Below the pieces are notes generated by a model that was not told the origin of the DNA, did no database searches, and was given only the letters and a program-made list of their open reading frames with translations. Shown here in pieces: positions 47,749 through 50,962 of a stretch of 50,962 nucleotides of DNA (position 1 is its first letter; every line of letters starts with the position of its first letter). The DNA comes from Bdellovibrionota bacterium (GTDB lineage Bacteria; Bdellovibrionota_C; UBA2361; OMII01): the NCBI GenBank assembly GCA_044356215.1, contig JBIKWQ010000014.1:1-50962 (forward strand), read 5' to 3'. Both the position numbers and the translations under genes were made by a program.

Positions 47749-50700
47749 GTGATGAGGTATAGTTGGAACGGACCCAGGCTGGTCTCCTTAGTAGTAGCCG
47801 TCCTGGTCACAGCACTGCTTAGCTTAATACGCGAATGCGCTGCGGATAGCTGGGTGTATCCCGGAGCTATCATTAGCGTTAGGGGTAAATCCTCGGCATT
47901 TAGCACTGTTGATTCCGGATTGGCTACTGTCAAACCCGCAAACATGACCACTGAAAGAATCGCTCGCGGTGTTACGCTGCTTCAGGATCGCCCTAAGAAA
48001 AGCAAACCAAGTTCAGCGAACCTTCGGATTTACAATCGAAAAAACGATCCATGCAACCGGGCTACCGTTCGCCGTGTACTGAAAAAGATCCGAGGGCACG
48101 CTACCTGCTCACCAAATAGCGCCGTTTTCGCCAGCGCTGTTCCAAACGACCCAGACTATTCCTCATTGTACGCGCCCGTCACCATGGATCTCCCTCTCTG
48201 TTGGGACATTACTGTCGGCAGCCCGAACGCTTTAGTAATGATCGTCGATACGGGGGTCCAGTACACCCATCCAGATTTAATAGCTAATATCTGGTCTAAC
48301 CCGGGAGAAACCGCGGGCAACGGAATAGACGATGATAACAATGGATATATTGACGATGTCCACGGGATCAACGCGATCACTAACGTCGGAGACCCAGCGG
48401 ACGATAACGGTCACGGTACTCACGTAGCCGGTATTATCGGCGCCAAAGGTAATAACGGCGTTGGCGCTACGGGTGTTAACTGGACCGTTAAAATGATCGC
48501 CGCAAAGTTCCTAGCGAGCAACGGCTCCGGTTCAATAGCTAATGCGATAAAAGCGATCGATTACGGCACCAACCTGCGACTCGCTGGATATCCTGTTATA
48601 GTGAGCAACAACTCATGGGGTGGACAGATTACCAACATCTCTACCAGAGCCGCGCTGCAATCAGCGATCCAGAGCGCCATGAACGCTGGGATCCTATTTG
48701 TCGCCGCCGCGGGCAACCTCTCTACAAATATTGATTCTTCTCCTTCTTATCCCGCTAGCTTCAACCTGGCGAATCTGATTACGGTCGCCTCAACTGACTC
48801 GAGCAACAACCTATCAAGCTTCTCAAACTACGGGGCTCAAAGTGTGCACATAGCGGCTCCTGGTAGCTCGATATACAGCACATACCTGGCGAGTACATAC
48901 TCGACCCTAAACGGAACCTCGATGGCAGCTCCGCAGGTATCAGGCATAGCGGCTCTAGCCGCCGCGGCATGTGGCAATACCCTAACTTACGACCAGATTC
49001 GAGCTCTCATACTAAACAATGGAACTATTCACAGCAATCTAAGCGCCTCTGTCAGTACGTCAGCCGTAGCCAATGCTTACGGAGCAGTTACAGCAGCTTT
49101 AACCGCGTGTCCGACCCCAAGCGCAGGTGCAACAGCGACCCCTACAAGCACAAGGACACCGACAGCGACGCCTACCTATACTTTTACTCCAACCAGAACC
49201 CCAACCCCAACAGTCACTCCAACACCTAGCCCTTCTCCAACATACACACCCACCAACACTCCAGGTTTCTCTCTGTCATTGCCTTCTAGCGGTGGCTCTT
49301 CTAACTCAGGCTGCTGCGATCCAAACCTGTGCAGAAGTAGAAGTTGCAAAAACGCGTGCTTAGCTTGCTTAGCGAGGCCACCTGCGACCACACCATCAGC
49401 GGGAGGTGCGCCAACTCCCGTTGTCATCAATCCACCCCCTTTAAACGGACCTTGCTGCCTCTACTGCACCAGCAGGACCTGCAGACGCTCATGCACATAC
49501 GCGAACTGCTATCCAGCCACCGTAACTCCAACTAGCACACCAACAATGAGCCCGACCGCTACCCCTACTTGGGTGGTTGATTGGCGAAACGATCCAGCAC
49601 GCTCACTTACCATCTTTGTATCTTCCGTTGATTTCGATGCCACTCAATCCTACAACGGCATACAGGGTGGCCTCGGAGCGGCGCGCGAGTTCTGTCAGAT
49701 CCGCGCCGCCGCTGCTGGGTTAGCCGACACAGGCAGACAGTGGTTCCCATTAATGTCGAGCTCAACATACGACGCCCAGGAAGTGACAGGTGCATTGCCG
49801 TCATCGGCCACGATATTTAATACTCACGGCGAAGTGGTGGCTCTCTCTCGTGAGCACCTATGGGATCGGAGCGCTCCTCTATCAAACGCGGTGCGCTACG
49901 ATGAGTTTGAGCAGGTAAGCGCCGAAACCAGCGCCGCCACTGGCAGCTTATCGACAGGAATAAAAGTATCGTCAGATTCGACTAACATGTGTCTCGATTG
50001 GAGTTCACGTAACGCGGCGTATAATTATATCCGCACGGGAAACCCAGCGCTAGTTGATTCCGAATGGTTCGCTAAGAGCGAAACGTTATCGTGCGCAGGC
50101 ACATATCCGATTTATTGTATCGGATATTCATCAAGAACCCCTCTTGAAATCCCCACAAATACTCCAACGGCGTCAGCTACTCCAACTGTATCGCCTACAC
50201 CAACAGCATCAGATACACCAACCGTGACCGTTACGCCTACCGCTACTCCAACACATACTCATTCAAATACGCCGACTGATACTCCAACACAAACACCGAC
50301 TAATACTCCAACTGATACCCCTACAGCATCTCCGACACCTACTTTCACCTTAACTCATACACCTACAGATACGCCGACGGATACCCCAACCCCAACCGAT
50401 ACTCCTACGCCTTCTCCAACACCAACTATTACTCCTACTTACACCTCCACAGATACCCCGACTATTACTCCGACAGCGACAGATACACCAACAGATTCAC
50501 CTACTCCTACCGCCACCGATACTCCTACAGTGTCACCGACCGCTACTGAGACTCCAACCGTTACGCCAACTAACACACCTACAATTACTCCAACAAGCAC
50601 TCCGATTCCGCCAACTCATACACCCACAGATACGCCAACTCCTACAGCTACCCCTACTATCACGAACACGCCGACCCCTACCAATACCCCAATCACAGGC

Positions 50701-50763
50701 GCAGTCTGCTGCTCATTCTGCTTAAGCAAAACTTGCAGAAGAACGTGCAATCCGGCGTGCTAG
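47749..50763 (+). CDS. Secreted S8 subtilase with Pro/Thr linkers, a DUF1554-like domain and three Cys-rich modules
   Basis: Signal peptide; [11 protein letters not shown] and GTSMAAP catalytic triad; IFVS..G..GGL..A..FC...AAAAGL domain; long TP repeats. Confidence 0.9.
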   Translation: MMRYSWNGPRLVSLVVAVLVTALLSLIRECAADSWVYPGAIISVRGKSSAFSTVDSGLATVKPANMTTERIARGVTLLQDRPKKSKPSSANLRIYNRKNDPCNRATVRRVLKKIRGHATCSPNSAVFASAVPNDPDYSSLYAPVTMDLPLCWDITVGSPNALVMIVDTGVQYTHPDLIANIWSNPGETAGNGIDDDNNGYIDDVHGINAITNVGDPADDNGHGTHVAGIIGAKGNNGVGATGVNWTVKMIAAKFLASNGSGSIANAIKAIDYGTNLRLAGYPVIVSNNSWGGQITNISTRAALQSAIQSAMNAGILFVAAAGNLSTNIDSSPSYPASFNLANLITVASTDSSNNLSSFSNYGAQSVHIAAPGSSIYSTYLASTYSTLNGTSMAAPQVSGIAALAAAACGNTLTYDQIRALILNNGTIHSNLSASVSTSAVANAYGAVTAALTACPTPSAGATATPTSTRTPTATPTYTFTPTRTPTPTVTPTPSPSPTYTPTNTPGFSLSLPSSGGSSNSGCCDPNLCRSRSCKNACLACLARPPATTPSAGGAPTPVVINPPPLNGPCCLYCTSRTCRRSCTYANCYPATVTPTSTPTMSPTATPTWVVDWRNDPARSLTIFVSSVDFDATQSYNGIQGGLGAAREFCQIRAAAAGLADTGRQWFPLMSSSTYDAQEVTGALPSSATIFNTHGEVVALSREHLWDRSAPLSNAVRYDEFEQVSAETSAATGSLSTGIKVSSDSTNMCLDWSSRNAAYNYIRTGNPALVDSEWFAKSETLSCAGTYPIYCIGYSSRTPLEIPTNTPTASATPTVSPTPTASDTPTVTVTPTATPTHTHSNTPTDTPTQTPTNTPTDTPTASPTPTFTLTHTPTDTPTDTPTPTDTPTPSPTPTITPTYTSTDTPTITPTATDTPTDSPTPTATDTPTVSPTATETPTVTPTNTPTITPTSTPIPPTHTPTDTPTPTATPTITNTPTPTNTPITGAVCCSFCLSKTCRRTCNPAC
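50152..50697 (+). repeat. Degenerate coding tandem repeat (TPTxTPT)
   Basis: Long run of ACN-CCN codons; a shorter block occurs at about 49110-49263. Confidence 0.9.
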
Positions 50764-50783
50764 CCAGCAACTAAATCTATCCA

Positions 50784-50810
50784 TTTAGATTTTCCGTGAT
50801 CTGCCGATAA
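50784..50810 (+). promoter_or_regulatory. Possible sigma28 promoter pointing out of the window
   Basis: TTTAG-N14-GCCGATAA (perfect -10 box). Confidence 0.45.
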
Positions 50811-50817
50811 ATACAGC

Positions 50818-50962
50818 TAGGGAAGCGAGGCCTTTGCTTCCCTAGGGAAGCGAGGCAAAACCTACCCGTAGCGAGAAAGTGGAGATTGAGTTGATATTTG
50901 ATTTTCGTGATGAGAAAAAACCGCAGATGTATCCTCTGAGATACATTGAGGATTTTTTCTCG
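50818..50962 (+). mobile_element. MITE-like family A: collapsed TIR-only copy (50818-50844) plus copy 3 (from 50843, cut off by the window)
   Basis: TAGGGAAGCGAGGCCTTTGCTTCCCTA, then TAGGGAAGCGAGGCAAAACCTACCCGTAGCGAG..., homologous to 8369 onward. Confidence 0.9.

Noticed and set aside
50152..50697. Possible CRISPR or other nucleotide-level array
   Set aside because: The repeats are degenerate at third codon positions and encode Thr/Pro linkers; there is no repeat-spacer structure and no cas genes.

Overview
Bacterial chromosomal segment; the gene repertoire (trmD plus a separate SPOUT methyltransferase, HDOD, sigma54/sigma28-type signals, myxobacterial-style T3SS) suggests a deltaproteobacterial/Bdellovibrionota-like lineage (inference). 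Housekeeping genes: rpsP, trmD, a RdgB-like pyrophosphatase, clsB/ybhP-like pair, bcp, hemB, bioB, queF, msrB-msrA fusion, serS and a hemC-hemD-serS-hemE-ccsA-hemA run. Notable content: (1) a reduced non-flagellar type III secretion operon headed by its own FliA/sigma28-like factor; (2) a TadE/TadE/TadG pseudopilin operon and a large secreted subtilase; (3) an identically spaced sigma28-like promoter motif in front of the sigma gene, the T3SS filament-like gene, the Tad operon, the subtilase and an HDOD/kinase operon, suggesting one regulon; (4) a receiver domain fused to LpxC; (5) a sigma54 promoter driving about 350 nt of structured RNA ahead of a small orphan protein; (6) a Fic gene with twin palindromic operators; (7) a probable IS630 element interrupting an MFS gene at the left edge; and (8) several families of palindromic MITE/REP-like repeats, including nested, collapsed and spacer-inverted copies. 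No rRNA, tRNA or CRISPR array was seen. All family calls are motif recognition by eye; no searches were run.
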